A stretch of DNA of 64,000 nucleotides from an uncultured PS1 clade bacterium (lineage in GTDB: Bacteria > Pseudomonadota > Alphaproteobacteria > MED-G09). A program made the position numbers and the translations under genes. The notes below the pieces were generated by a model. That model was given only the letters and a program-made list of their open reading frames with translations. It did no database searches and was not told where the DNA came from. The stretch is from contig CACBCD010000002.1 in assembly GCA_902537725.1 (NCBI GenBank), positions 67,920 through 131,919 of the forward strand, given 5' to 3'. Below, piece after piece: positions 8,075-16,825 of the stretch (its first letter is position 1; each line of letters starts with the position of its first letter).

Positions 8075-9373
8075 ATGGAAAATAAAAAAGAAAATATTTC
8101 TAGTTTAGGTCTTGGCATAAGAGTAAAAACACTTGTTAATTTAAGGTGGATTGCAGTTTTAGGTCAAACTATTACATGTCTTATTGTTCATTATTTTTTA
8201 AATTTTGAACTACCATGGACTGAGGTATCTCTAACAATAATAGCTTTGGCCATTTCTAATTTTGCTCTTTACCCAGGTTATTCTATTAATAATAGACTAA
8301 ATGAAACATCTACAACATTCGTAATTGCAGCGGATATTATTCAATTAGCTTTAATGATCTTTTTTACTGGCGGACTATCAAATCCATTTGTAGTTCTATT
8401 TTTAACACACATAGCAATTACGGTTACAAGTCTTCCAATACGATCAACATCTATATTAATTATTTTAACTATCTTTTTAATAACTATTCTTGGGTTTTTT
8501 AATTACCCTCTTGTTAATGAAAATTTGGATTTAACTATCCCATTAATTTTCATCATCGGAATGTGGATCTCATTATTTGTTACTATCTTATTTTTAACTT
8601 TTTATGCAGGTGGGCTAACCGATGATTCACGCAAGACCTCAGCAGCATTGAAAATTGCAGAGGATTTATTAGTAAATGAAAAAAATCTCTCTTCTTTAGA
8701 TGGCCTAGCAGCCGCAGCTGCTCACCACCTAGGAACCCCTCTAGGTACTATAAGTCTTATAGCAAACGAACTAAAAAATGAAATTGATATGCCTGATAGC
8801 GCAAAGAAAGATCTAATAATTCTTTCTGATGAAGTTGAAAAATGTAAAGCAATACTTGGATCTCTTGGTGAAAAACCTTCAAGTGACGATGATTTAATAA
8901 CAAAAATTGAATTGCAGGCTTTATTGGAAGAGCTTGGTGAATTAATAAAAGCAAAAGGTATAGAGTTTCTTATCAATTTTCAGAGTAATGATCCAAATTT
9001 GAAAAAATTTTTATTATTGAGAAGATCTGAATTACTTCTAGGATTATCAAATATTGTTGAGAATGCTGCTGACTTTACCTCAAGTATTGTTGAGTTAAAT
9101 GTTAATTATAATAATGAAAATATTGAATTAAAAATTCAGGATAATGGTAAAGGATTTTCAAATACAATTTTAAATAGGCTAGGAGATCCTTATGTTTCAT
9201 CGAGGTCATCAAGTATTCAAAAAGATGATGAAGGATCAGGCTTAGGTTTGGGATTTTTTATTTCTAAAACACTGCTTGAAAGATTGGGAATAAAAATTAC
9301 CGCCTATAACAGACCGCCTCCAGAGACTGGCGCAATTGTCTCTGTTTTAATACCTACAGATAAAAGACTTTAA
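8075..9373 (+). CDS. regB: Redox-responsive sensor histidine kinase, RegB/PrrB/ActS family
   Basis: Six-TM N-terminus carrying the GGxxNPF quinone-site heptapeptide (FFTGGLSNPFVV). H-box LAAAAAHHLGTPLGTISL. A conserved Cys in VEKCKAILGSL. G-box GSGLGLGFFISK. It lies directly upstream of regA. Confidence 0.8.
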   Translation: MENKKENISSLGLGIRVKTLVNLRWIAVLGQTITCLIVHYFLNFELPWTEVSLTIIALAISNFALYPGYSINNRLNETSTTFVIAADIIQLALMIFFTGGLSNPFVVLFLTHIAITVTSLPIRSTSILIILTIFLITILGFFNYPLVNENLDLTIPLIFIIGMWISLFVTILFLTFYAGGLTDDSRKTSAALKIAEDLLVNEKNLSSLDGLAAAAAHHLGTPLGTISLIANELKNEIDMPDSAKKDLIILSDEVEKCKAILGSLGEKPSSDDDLITKIELQALLEELGELIKAKGIEFLINFQSNDPNLKKFLLLRRSELLLGLSNIVENAADFTSSIVELNVNYNNENIELKIQDNGKGFSNTILNRLGDPYVSSRSSSIQKDDEGSGLGLGFFISKTLLERLGIKITAYNRPPPETGAIVSVLIPTDKRL

Positions 9374-9402
9374 ATTTAAAAAAAGATAACCATATTAACA
9401 GT

Positions 9403-9942
9403 ATGACTGATAGTGAAAAAAATAAAAATATCATTATTGTTGACGACGACCAGACCTGGTTGAATCAACTTTCTAGAGCTTTTGAGAGAAGGGGACATAA
9501 TACTTATGTTGCAAAATCAGTAGTCGAAGCAAAAGATATTATTTCAAAAAGTGACATTCATTATGGTGTTATAGATTTACGTCTTGATGATGGTGATGGT
9601 CTTGAAGTTATCTTAGAACTTCAGAAGAAAAACTCTAAATCTAGATCAATAATTTTAACTGGTTTTGGAAATATTGCAAATGCAGTCTCGGCCATAAAGG
9701 TTGGGGCAATAGATTACTTATCAAAACCTGCTGGTATCGACGATATTTGTTCAGCTCTTTTTGCTCCTTCAAGTGAGAAAGCCTCACCTCCAGAAGAACC
9801 TATGAGCGCCAACAGAGTAAGGTGGGAACATATTCAAAGAGTATACGAGCTTTGTGATAAAAATGTCTCTGAAACAGCAAGAAGATTGAAAATGCATAGA
9901 CGAACACTTCAAAGAATATTATCAAAAAGAGCTCCTAATTAG
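9403..9942 (+). CDS. regA: Response regulator RegA/PrrA/ActR (receiver domain plus Fis-type HTH)
   Basis: Receiver domain (IIIVDDD ... VIDLRLDDGDGLEV ... KVGAIDYLSKP). The C-terminus VRWEHIQRVYELCDKNVSETARRLKMHRRTLQRILSKRAP is characteristic of RegA. Confidence 0.85.
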   Translation: MTDSEKNKNIIIVDDDQTWLNQLSRAFERRGHNTYVAKSVVEAKDIISKSDIHYGVIDLRLDDGDGLEVILELQKKNSKSRSIILTGFGNIANAVSAIKVGAIDYLSKPAGIDDICSALFAPSSEKASPPEEPMSANRVRWEHIQRVYELCDKNVSETARRLKMHRRTLQRILSKRAPN

Positions 9943-10426
9943 TTCTTAAAATATTTAAAAACTGTTCTAAGGAAGCTTTTGCGAAAGCCTGCATATTTTC
10001 TACTCTTACCGAAGAGTTTGTAAGTATATGAGATGTTTTCTCTTTCTTTCCTGCAACAGCAAAACATGAGTACCCTGGCGGATCGCCATATCCATTTCCA
10101 GTTGGACCAGCTGCGCCACTTTCACCTATCGCCCAATCACTTTTATACAAATCACATGATTTTTGAGAAATTAGTAATGCAAATGGTTCGCTACTAGACC
10201 TTATATTTTTCTCTTTTAAGTCTCTTATTCTTAGGTCAGTTATTGCTCTAATTGATTGCAGGGTGTAAATAACTTGTCCCCCCATGTAATAGGCTGACGC
10301 CCCTTCTTGTGATAAAAGAGCAGAGGATATTAAACCCCCTGAGGATGACTCAATTACTGAAACTGTTTGTTTATTTTTTTTTAATATAAGGGCTATCTGT
10401 GAAGCTAGCTCAATAAGATCATTCAT
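9935..10426 (-). CDS. CinA C-terminal domain / nicotinamide-nucleotide amidohydrolase (PncC-like)
   Basis: SVIESSSGGLISSALLSQEGASAYYMGGQVIY matches the CinA-C core pattern (AES.TGG...L....G.S..F.GG.V.Y). Confidence 0.7.
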   Translation of the reverse strand: MNDLIELASQIALILKKNKQTVSVIESSSGGLISSALLSQEGASAYYMGGQVIYTLQSIRAITDLRIRDLKEKNIRSSSEPFALLISQKSCDLYKSDWAIGESGAAGPTGNGYGDPPGYSCFAVAGKKEKTSHILTNSSVRVENMQAFAKASLEQFLNILRTN

Positions 10427-11239
10427 TTAAATTTCCTTAATATAACGACTTCCTTTGATTGGTGGATCTTCTGGAGGACCAGCAAAACATTGAGCAATCG
10501 ACATCCATTTTTCTGCAACCTTTCCTTCTACTTTTAATTTGGTATCTTTTATATTTCTTACTTGTGTAACCACTTGGCAAAATTCAGTCGCATCTCCAGT
10601 GATTGAATCTTCATTGTTATCTGTATTCCATTCCCATTTTTTATTGGAAGGAGAGTTAAGGATAATCATTGGTACTTTTTTAGGTACTTCAATAGATCGA
10701 TTTATAAAAGTCCAGCCAAATGTATTTATCCCAATTATGACAATATTTTTAATTCTATCAGTATTAATCCTTTCAATACCCAATTGATCAAATATTTCTT
10801 GTCCGTGAGACCAGGTTTCCATATGTCTAGCTGATATGCTAGATCTTACACTCATATCTGGACCAGCCCATTTAACTCTTTTTTTTGGATCGGCTTTTGA
10901 GAATACCTCAGCAACTCTAGAAAATTCATCTTTCCATAGATTTATTAATTCTTTACCCGAAAGACTATTAGATAATTTTTTTTCATACTCACGAGCAGAA
11001 ATACCACTTTTAACTGCTTTATAGAAATCGTTTATAAATTCAGAAAACTTTTCTTCATCATTTAGAGATAAATAAGCAGCATAATTGAAGACATGAAGGT
11101 GATAAATAACATCGTTTATAGTCCAGTCTTTAAATTGTGTTTTGGTATCAAAGACTTCCTCTTTTTCGTTTTTTAATATTTCGTATAAAGAAATAGATTC
11201 TTCTTTAAAATCTTCGCTTTGAGTATAAGTTTCTGTCAT
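10427..11239 (-). CDS. DinB/MDMPI-fold protein of the TIGR03084 type (maleylpyruvate-isomerase-like N-terminal domain plus wyosine-formation-like C-terminal domain)
   Basis: The N-terminus has DWTINDVIYHLHVFNYAA. The C-terminus has EFCQVVTQVRNIKDTKLKVEGKVAEKWMSIAQCFAGPPEDPP. The family assignment is recalled, not searched. Confidence 0.55.
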   Translation of the reverse strand: MTETYTQSEDFKEESISLYEILKNEKEEVFDTKTQFKDWTINDVIYHLHVFNYAAYLSLNDEEKFSEFINDFYKAVKSGISAREYEKKLSNSLSGKELINLWKDEFSRVAEVFSKADPKKRVKWAGPDMSVRSSISARHMETWSHGQEIFDQLGIERINTDRIKNIVIIGINTFGWTFINRSIEVPKKVPMIILNSPSNKKWEWNTDNNEDSITGDATEFCQVVTQVRNIKDTKLKVEGKVAEKWMSIAQCFAGPPEDPPIKGSRYIKEI

Positions 11240-11244
11240 TGAAT

Positions 11245-11373
11245 TTAATTAATAAAATAATAATAAATAAGAGGTACCCATATAAGAGACGTTGTTATAG
11301 CTCCTTTAATGGCTTGATAAATTATCCAAAGCCAAAAATAACGTTTACAAAATTCTTTGATACTATTTAACAT
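11245..11373 (-). CDS. Candidate 42-aa small membrane protein, below the ORF-track size cutoff
   Basis: My translation is MLNSIKEFCKRYFWLWIIYQAIKGAITTSLIWVPLIYYYFIN*. The ATG begins 1 nt after the upstream cysteine-synthase-family stop codon. Its TAA ends 5 nt before the downstream ATG, so it fills the gap exactly. Confidence 0.3.
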   Translation of the reverse strand: MLNSIKEFCKRYFWLWIIYQAIKGAITTSLIWVPLIYYYFIN

Positions 11374-11374
11374 A

Positions 11375-12388
11375 CTAGAGCCAATTGGGTATTGGTAAAT
11401 TATTTTCTTTCAAAAAACTAGAGTTAAACATTTTATTTTGATAGCGATTTGCAAGGTCACATAATATTGTAACTATTGTTTTTCCTTCCCCAAGTTCTTT
11501 TGCTAACTTCTTTGCCCCCGCAATGTTAATTCCCGAAGACAGTCCCAAAAATAAACCTTCAAATTCTATTAAGTCATATAAAATATTTAATGCTTCTTCA
11601 TCTTGAATTCTGAAAGGGTAATCTACGCACATGCCTTTTATATTTTCTGTTTCTCTTCCTTGACCAATACCCTCAGTAATTGAAGAACCCTCAGCTTCAA
11701 GTTCTCCATTTTTAAAAAAATTATACATGGCTGCGCCCATTGGGTCAGCTAATCCAATTTTAATTTCTTTATTTTTCGATTTTAAGAAGGATCCAACTCC
11801 AGATAATGTGCCACCTGTTCCAATAGCACAAATAAAAGCATCAATTTTTCCATTTGTTTGCGACCATATTTCTGGGCCTGTTGTATAAATATGTGCTTGT
11901 CGATTTGCAATATTATCAAATTGATTTGCCCAAAATGCTCCATTTTCAAGTTTTTTATTTAATTTTTCTGCTAATCTTCCTGAATATTTAATATAATTAT
12001 TATTATCTTTATAAGGAACAGCAGGTACTTCAATTAAGTCAGCTCCTGAGAATTTAATTGCATCTTTTTTTTCTTGAGATTGCGTATCAGGTATTACAAT
12101 TGTCGTTTTGTATCCCATTGCATTTCCAACCAATGAGAGACCAATACCAGTATTACCAGCCGTACCTTCAACAATCATTCCACCTTTTTCTATTAAATTT
12201 TTTTTTTCAGCATCTTTAATTATATACAATGCAGCCCTATCTTTTACAGACTGACCAGGATTTAAGAACTCAGCTTTTCCATAAATCTTGCATCCAGTCT
12301 CTTCAGATGCACCTTTTAAGTATATCAAAGGTGTATTACCTATCATTTCAATAATATTATTTTTTTTCTGCATATTCCTTTTTGTCAC
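11375..12388 (-). CDS. PLP-dependent cysteine synthase / cystathionine beta-synthase family enzyme
   Basis: PLP-lysine motif NPGQSVKDRAA, GTAGNTGIGLS, and a GTGGT loop (AIGTGGTLSGVG). Confidence 0.8.
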   Translation of the reverse strand: MTKRNMQKKNNIIEMIGNTPLIYLKGASEETGCKIYGKAEFLNPGQSVKDRAALYIIKDAEKKNLIEKGGMIVEGTAGNTGIGLSLVGNAMGYKTTIVIPDTQSQEKKDAIKFSGADLIEVPAVPYKDNNNYIKYSGRLAEKLNKKLENGAFWANQFDNIANRQAHIYTTGPEIWSQTNGKIDAFICAIGTGGTLSGVGSFLKSKNKEIKIGLADPMGAAMYNFFKNGELEAEGSSITEGIGQGRETENIKGMCVDYPFRIQDEEALNILYDLIEFEGLFLGLSSGINIAGAKKLAKELGEGKTIVTILCDLANRYQNKMFNSSFLKENNLPIPNWL

Positions 12389-12468
12389 ATATTAAAGATT
12401 ATATTTATCTTTAAAAATTACTTTTTTTTATCTACAAGAGTAAAACTAAAATTAATATAGAAAATATA

Positions 12469-15400
12469 ATGAAAATATTCGATCATAAAATCTTAAAAAA
12501 TAGTATTTACAGCCTTATTATTTTTATCTTTGTTATGCCTATTCTAGTTAAAGCAAGTGATAATGATATTGAAGAGATATTAGTTGTTGGAAGTCGTATA
12601 AATAACGAAAATTTAAAGAAAATTTTACCAGTCACAATAATTAATTCCGAAGAAATAAAAGTTTTAGGTATTGATTCTGGTGACGACCTTATTATGAGTC
12701 TTACTGAAAATGGTACCAATCGCTTTAATGATGCTGGCAATGCAATAGCTGGAGTAAATAGTGCTCGTGGTGATATGGGTGCATTTAATCTAAGAAATCT
12801 AGGAACTGGTAATACTCTTGTTCTTATGAACGGAAGAAGATTGATTAATTCACCAAGTTTTCAGTCCGAGTCAGTAGGGGGAAGCTTTGTTCCAGTTAAC
12901 TCTGTAAATACAAATATTATACCTGTTAATGGTATTGAAAGAGTTGAGGTTTTAAGGGATGGTTCATCAGCAATATATGGTGCTGACGCAGTCGCAGGAG
13001 TTATTAATTTCGTAACTAAAAAAAATAAAGAAGGTTTCGAATTTAATTTTAAAAATTCTGAATTTGAAAATTTTGATAGATCTGATTACCAGTTTGGTTT
13101 TAATTTTGGATCAAACTTTAATTCAAATAGAACTAGTATTCATATTAGTTACAATCATTATGAAAGGGAACCAATTAAGGCTAGCGAAGATGAAAGAATG
13201 GGTATTTCTGATTGGAGAGACTTCCCTCAAATTGCCAATACTGAATGGGCAACGACAAGATTTAGAAGAAATTCTATAAATTCACCTTATGGACAATTTG
13301 ATTTCGTAGACAATATAAAAGTATATGAGTTTTATAAAGAAAGAGGCCTAACTGATAGTTCAGGAGAATTTGAAATTTTTCCATCATCAGACCCAAAGTG
13401 TTTAGTTGATCTCGGAAATCAATCTTGTATTGCTAAAGATACTTCAACTAAACGATATAATTTAAATCAAGAAAGGTGGGTAGTATCAGATTTAGAAAGA
13501 GATAATTTTCAGTTTGACTTTTCGCATGAATTTAAAAATGGTGTAGAAGGTTTCACTGAATTTTCTTTTTACAGTTCTAAAACTAAACAAAATAATAGTC
13601 CATCGGCAGCATTTTCTTCCTCTAAATTAGTAGTTCCGCCAAGTAATTATTGGAATCCATTTGGTGCAAAAATCTTTGCTGATGGTACTACAAATCCTAA
13701 TCGTTTGAGTGAAAATGATTCCCCTGGAATTCCAGAGGAAGGATTATCTGTAATTATAGATAACTATCGTTATGTAGATGTAGGGCCAAGAAAGATAAAT
13801 GTAGAAAAAGATACTTATAGAATATTGCAAGGTTTTAGAGGGTCTTTTCATAATTGGGATTGGGAAATTGCTGGATTTATTTCCGAAGCTTCATCTGACG
13901 ATATTACAAGTAATAGATTATCTAATTCTTTAATGGAGCAAGCTTTATCAATTTCAAATCCTGAAGCTTATAATCCATTTAGTGGTGGTGGAGATTTCGA
14001 TAAATATCTTCTTACAGGTCAAGATGGAACACCGAGCATAGATGGTGCAGTTCAGAATGCAATCATCGATGTTTATAGGAAAGGTAAGAGAAAACTAAAT
14101 AGTATTGATTTTAGATTTAGTAATGTTGATTTTATTAAAAGTCCTGGTGGATTTACTTCTTTAGCTCTTGGTACCGAGTATCGTGAGGACTCTTTTGAAG
14201 ATGATAGAGACCCAAGACTTGATGGAACTATCCAATATACTGATAGGGATGGTGATACATTTCCATTTGTTAGTGATGTTATGAATTCCAGCCCTACACC
14301 TGATAATTCAGGGAAAAGGGATGTTTTTTCAGCTTTTGTTGAGTTAGGAATACCTTTGATATCAAATGAAATGAGGGTTCCTTTTATTAAAAATTTTGAT
14401 CTTCAGCTAGCGGCTAGATATGAGGATTTTTCTGATATTGGCAGCAAATCAGTGCCAAAAATAAGTTTTGGTTGGCAGGTCGATGATAGTTTCTATTTTA
14501 GAGGATCATGGTCAAAAGGATTTAGGGTTCCTAATCTTGTCCAGGTTAATGAGACAATAGTATCGAGACAAATTTTTGGAGTTGATGCTCTTTTATGTCT
14601 TCAACAAATAAATAACAACGGTGAGATAGATTATTGTGATTATTCATTTCAAAGAGTTGCTAGGGGCAGTAAAAACTTAAGACCCGAGGAGTCTACGAAT
14701 ATTTCTCTGGGAATTATTTATGAACCAAAAAATGTTGATAATTTAGTCTTTACAATTGATTGGTGGGAGATTGAAAAAGAAGATACCATTGGTTTATTTG
14801 GAGAGGATAATATTCTTTTATCTGATTTAGTCTTAAGGATGGATACAAACAATATTTCAGATTGTTCTCTGGTTCAGTCAAGTCCATACGTTTTTAGGGA
14901 CACTTTGGAAGAGAATGAAATTCAAGAATATCTTCAAGCAGGAATTTGTCCAGCAGGAAGAGTTACACGTGTAGAAGAACAATATAGAAATCTTGATACA
15001 AGAATAATAAGCGGTTTTGATTTTTCAGCTCGTTACTTTGTAAGAAATAATTTCGGAAATTTTAATTTTATATTAAATATTGCAAAGTTAGAAAAATTTA
15101 GACAAGAAGCAGGTAATGATTTTATTAAACTTATTGATGCTCAAGAAAAAGGTGTTATCCCTCAGGAATTAGCAATTACTGGTTTTTCTAATTTAATTGA
15201 GAAAGATGGTTCTCCAAAAATTCAAGCTAATTTTAAATTTCTTTGGAATAAAGGACCTTGGGGTCTTGGATTATTTGGTCGACATATTGGTGAATTCTAT
15301 GAAACAAGAAATAAATTACGTGATGGAAGGCTATGGAAAGTTAGAGCTTATAATACAATTAATACTTTTATAGATTATAATTTTAAAATATCTGAGTCTC

Positions 15401-15537
15401 AATCAAGTCTAAGGTTTGGAATTAATAATATAGCTGATGAGAGAGCTCCGCTAGCATCTGATATATTCGGTTATTATATTGATAAGCATGACAATATAGG
15501 GAGGTCTTACTATATTAATTTTATGCATAGATTCTAA
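12469..15537 (+). CDS. TonB-dependent receptor (TBDR-3), large, 1022 aa
   Basis: Signal peptide, plug region (EEILVVGSRINNE...; IERVEVLRDGSSAIYGADAVAGVINFVTKK), and a C-terminal barrel ending ..RSYYINFMHRF. Confidence 0.85.
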   Translation: MKIFDHKILKNSIYSLIIFIFVMPILVKASDNDIEEILVVGSRINNENLKKILPVTIINSEEIKVLGIDSGDDLIMSLTENGTNRFNDAGNAIAGVNSARGDMGAFNLRNLGTGNTLVLMNGRRLINSPSFQSESVGGSFVPVNSVNTNIIPVNGIERVEVLRDGSSAIYGADAVAGVINFVTKKNKEGFEFNFKNSEFENFDRSDYQFGFNFGSNFNSNRTSIHISYNHYEREPIKASEDERMGISDWRDFPQIANTEWATTRFRRNSINSPYGQFDFVDNIKVYEFYKERGLTDSSGEFEIFPSSDPKCLVDLGNQSCIAKDTSTKRYNLNQERWVVSDLERDNFQFDFSHEFKNGVEGFTEFSFYSSKTKQNNSPSAAFSSSKLVVPPSNYWNPFGAKIFADGTTNPNRLSENDSPGIPEEGLSVIIDNYRYVDVGPRKINVEKDTYRILQGFRGSFHNWDWEIAGFISEASSDDITSNRLSNSLMEQALSISNPEAYNPFSGGGDFDKYLLTGQDGTPSIDGAVQNAIIDVYRKGKRKLNSIDFRFSNVDFIKSPGGFTSLALGTEYREDSFEDDRDPRLDGTIQYTDRDGDTFPFVSDVMNSSPTPDNSGKRDVFSAFVELGIPLISNEMRVPFIKNFDLQLAARYEDFSDIGSKSVPKISFGWQVDDSFYFRGSWSKGFRVPNLVQVNETIVSRQIFGVDALLCLQQINNNGEIDYCDYSFQRVARGSKNLRPEESTNISLGIIYEPKNVDNLVFTIDWWEIEKEDTIGLFGEDNILLSDLVLRMDTNNISDCSLVQSSPYVFRDTLEENEIQEYLQAGICPAGRVTRVEEQYRNLDTRIISGFDFSARYFVRNNFGNFNFILNIAKLEKFRQEAGNDFIKLIDAQEKGVIPQELAITGFSNLIEKDGSPKIQANFKFLWNKGPWGLGLFGRHIGEFYETRNKLRDGRLWKVRAYNTINTFIDYNFKISESQSSLRFGINNIADERAPLASDIFGYYIDKHDNIGRSYYINFMHRF

Positions 15538-15540
15538 ATA

Positions 15541-16812
15541 ATGAGAATTTTTCTTTTTTTATTACTTTGCTTTTTTAGTAATGATATTCTTGCTTCAAAT
15601 ATACAGAATAATAAAGAATGTATAACTGAGCATGTTACAATTGACTTTAATTTTTCCGGAGCAGGAAATTCAACCTGTGAAGTTATATCTTCAGATCATA
15701 TTAGGATAACAGTAGTACCTGAGTCAAAAGAGTCCATTAATCCAAGCCCCTGGTATGCATTTCGAAAGTCAAAAAATACGAAAAAAATTTTAGTTGAACT
15801 TAGTTACGGAGAATATGAGCATAGATATTTTCCCAAAATAAAAAAAACTAATGGCAACTGGGAAAAAATAAACGAAAGAGATATTTTAATTAAAAATGAT
15901 GGTAAAAATGTTTTAATAAATCTATACCCATCAAAAGAGTCTCAATACATATCATCTCAGGAGTTAATTACTGAAGATTGGTATGAAGATTGGTACGTTA
16001 CTTTAAAAGAAAATAATTTTTTAAGAAGTAAGATTGTTGGATATTCTGTTCAAAATCGTCCAATTAAAGCATTTTTTTCAAATCAAAATATAAATAATCC
16101 ATACATTTTTATTTTAGGTCGTCAGCACCCCCCAGAGGTTTCTTCAGTATTTGCAATAAAGGGTTTTGTAAATGAACTAATTGGGAATATTAATTTATCA
16201 GAAGAATTTTTATCAAAATATAATATATTTTTTGTTCCTTTAATGAACCCTGATGGCGTTGAGAATGGTTTTTGGCGATATAATTATAATAAAAAGGACC
16301 TAAATCGAGATTGGGATAATTTTTTTCAACCCGAAACTAATTCAGTTAAGAATTTTCTTGATAATTTAAAAAATAGAAATCAACCTATTTTATATATAGA
16401 TTTTCATTCAACTTATAAAAATATTTTTTATATTAGCGATGCACAACTTACAAATTCTTATCCTAATTTTTTATTAAATTGGTTGGAAAAATCTAGGTTA
16501 GAATTATCTAAAATTGGCTATAATTTTTCTATTAAAGAGTCTTATACAAAGAGCAACAAGGTATCGAAAAATTATTTCCATAATAAATATAATATACCCT
16601 CTATGACTTATGAAGTGTCAGATACTGAGGAAAGATCTAAAATTACTAAATCTTCTAAGATTCTTGCTAGGAATTTAATAACTATTTTATTAGACTCTGA
16701 AAATAAAATTATTGATATGGAGGAGAGGAAGGGATTCGAACCCTCGAGACGGTTACCCGCCTACACGCTTTCCAAGCGTGCGCCTTCGACCACTCGGCCA
16801 CCTCTCCATTAA
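15541..16812 (+). CDS. Secreted M14-family zinc carboxypeptidase-like protein
   Basis: Signal peptide. Zn ligands in an HxxE motif ([10 protein letters not shown]) and a distal His (YIDFHST), plus a NRDW motif (DLNRDWDN). The start is 4 nt after the TBDR-3 stop. The last ~31 codons ([31 protein letters not shown]) are the antisense reading of tRNA-Ser. Confidence 0.65.
   Translation: MRIFLFLLLCFFSNDILASNIQNNKECITEHVTIDFNFSGAGNSTCEVISSDHIRITVVPESKESINPSPWYAFRKSKNTKKILVELSYGEYEHRYFPKIKKTNGNWEKINERDILIKNDGKNVLINLYPSKESQYISSQELITEDWYEDWYVTLKENNFLRSKIVGYSVQNRPIKAFFSNQNINNPYIFILGRQHPPEVSSVFAIKGFVNELIGNINLSEEFLSKYNIFFVPLMNPDGVENGFWRYNYNKKDLNRDWDNFFQPETNSVKNFLDNLKNRNQPILYIDFHSTYKNIFYISDAQLTNSYPNFLLNWLEKSRLELSKIGYNFSIKESYTKSNKVSKNYFHNKYNIPSMTYEVSDTEERSKITKSSKILARNLITILLDSENKIIDMEERKGFEPSRRLPAYTLSKRAPSTTRPPLH
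16718..16807 (-). tRNA. tRNA-Ser (anticodon GGA), CCA encoded
   Basis: The reverse complement is GGAGAGGTGGCCGAGTGGTCGAAGGCGCACGCTTGGAAAGCGTGTAGGCGGGTAACCGTCTCGAGGGTTCGAATCCCTTCCTCTCCTCCA. It has a 7-bp acceptor stem, an anticodon loop TTGGAAA, a long variable arm and a TTCGAAT T-loop. The discriminator base reads U rather than the usual G. Confidence 0.9.
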
Positions 16813-16825
16813 ATTCATCTTAAAT

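Noticed and set aside
16718-16807. tRNA genes (also 59845-59931) as integration hotspots for a genomic island
   Set aside because: There is no integrase, no direct repeat of the tRNA 3' end and no compositional shift nearby. The flanking genes are core genes (lepA, DedA, coq4).
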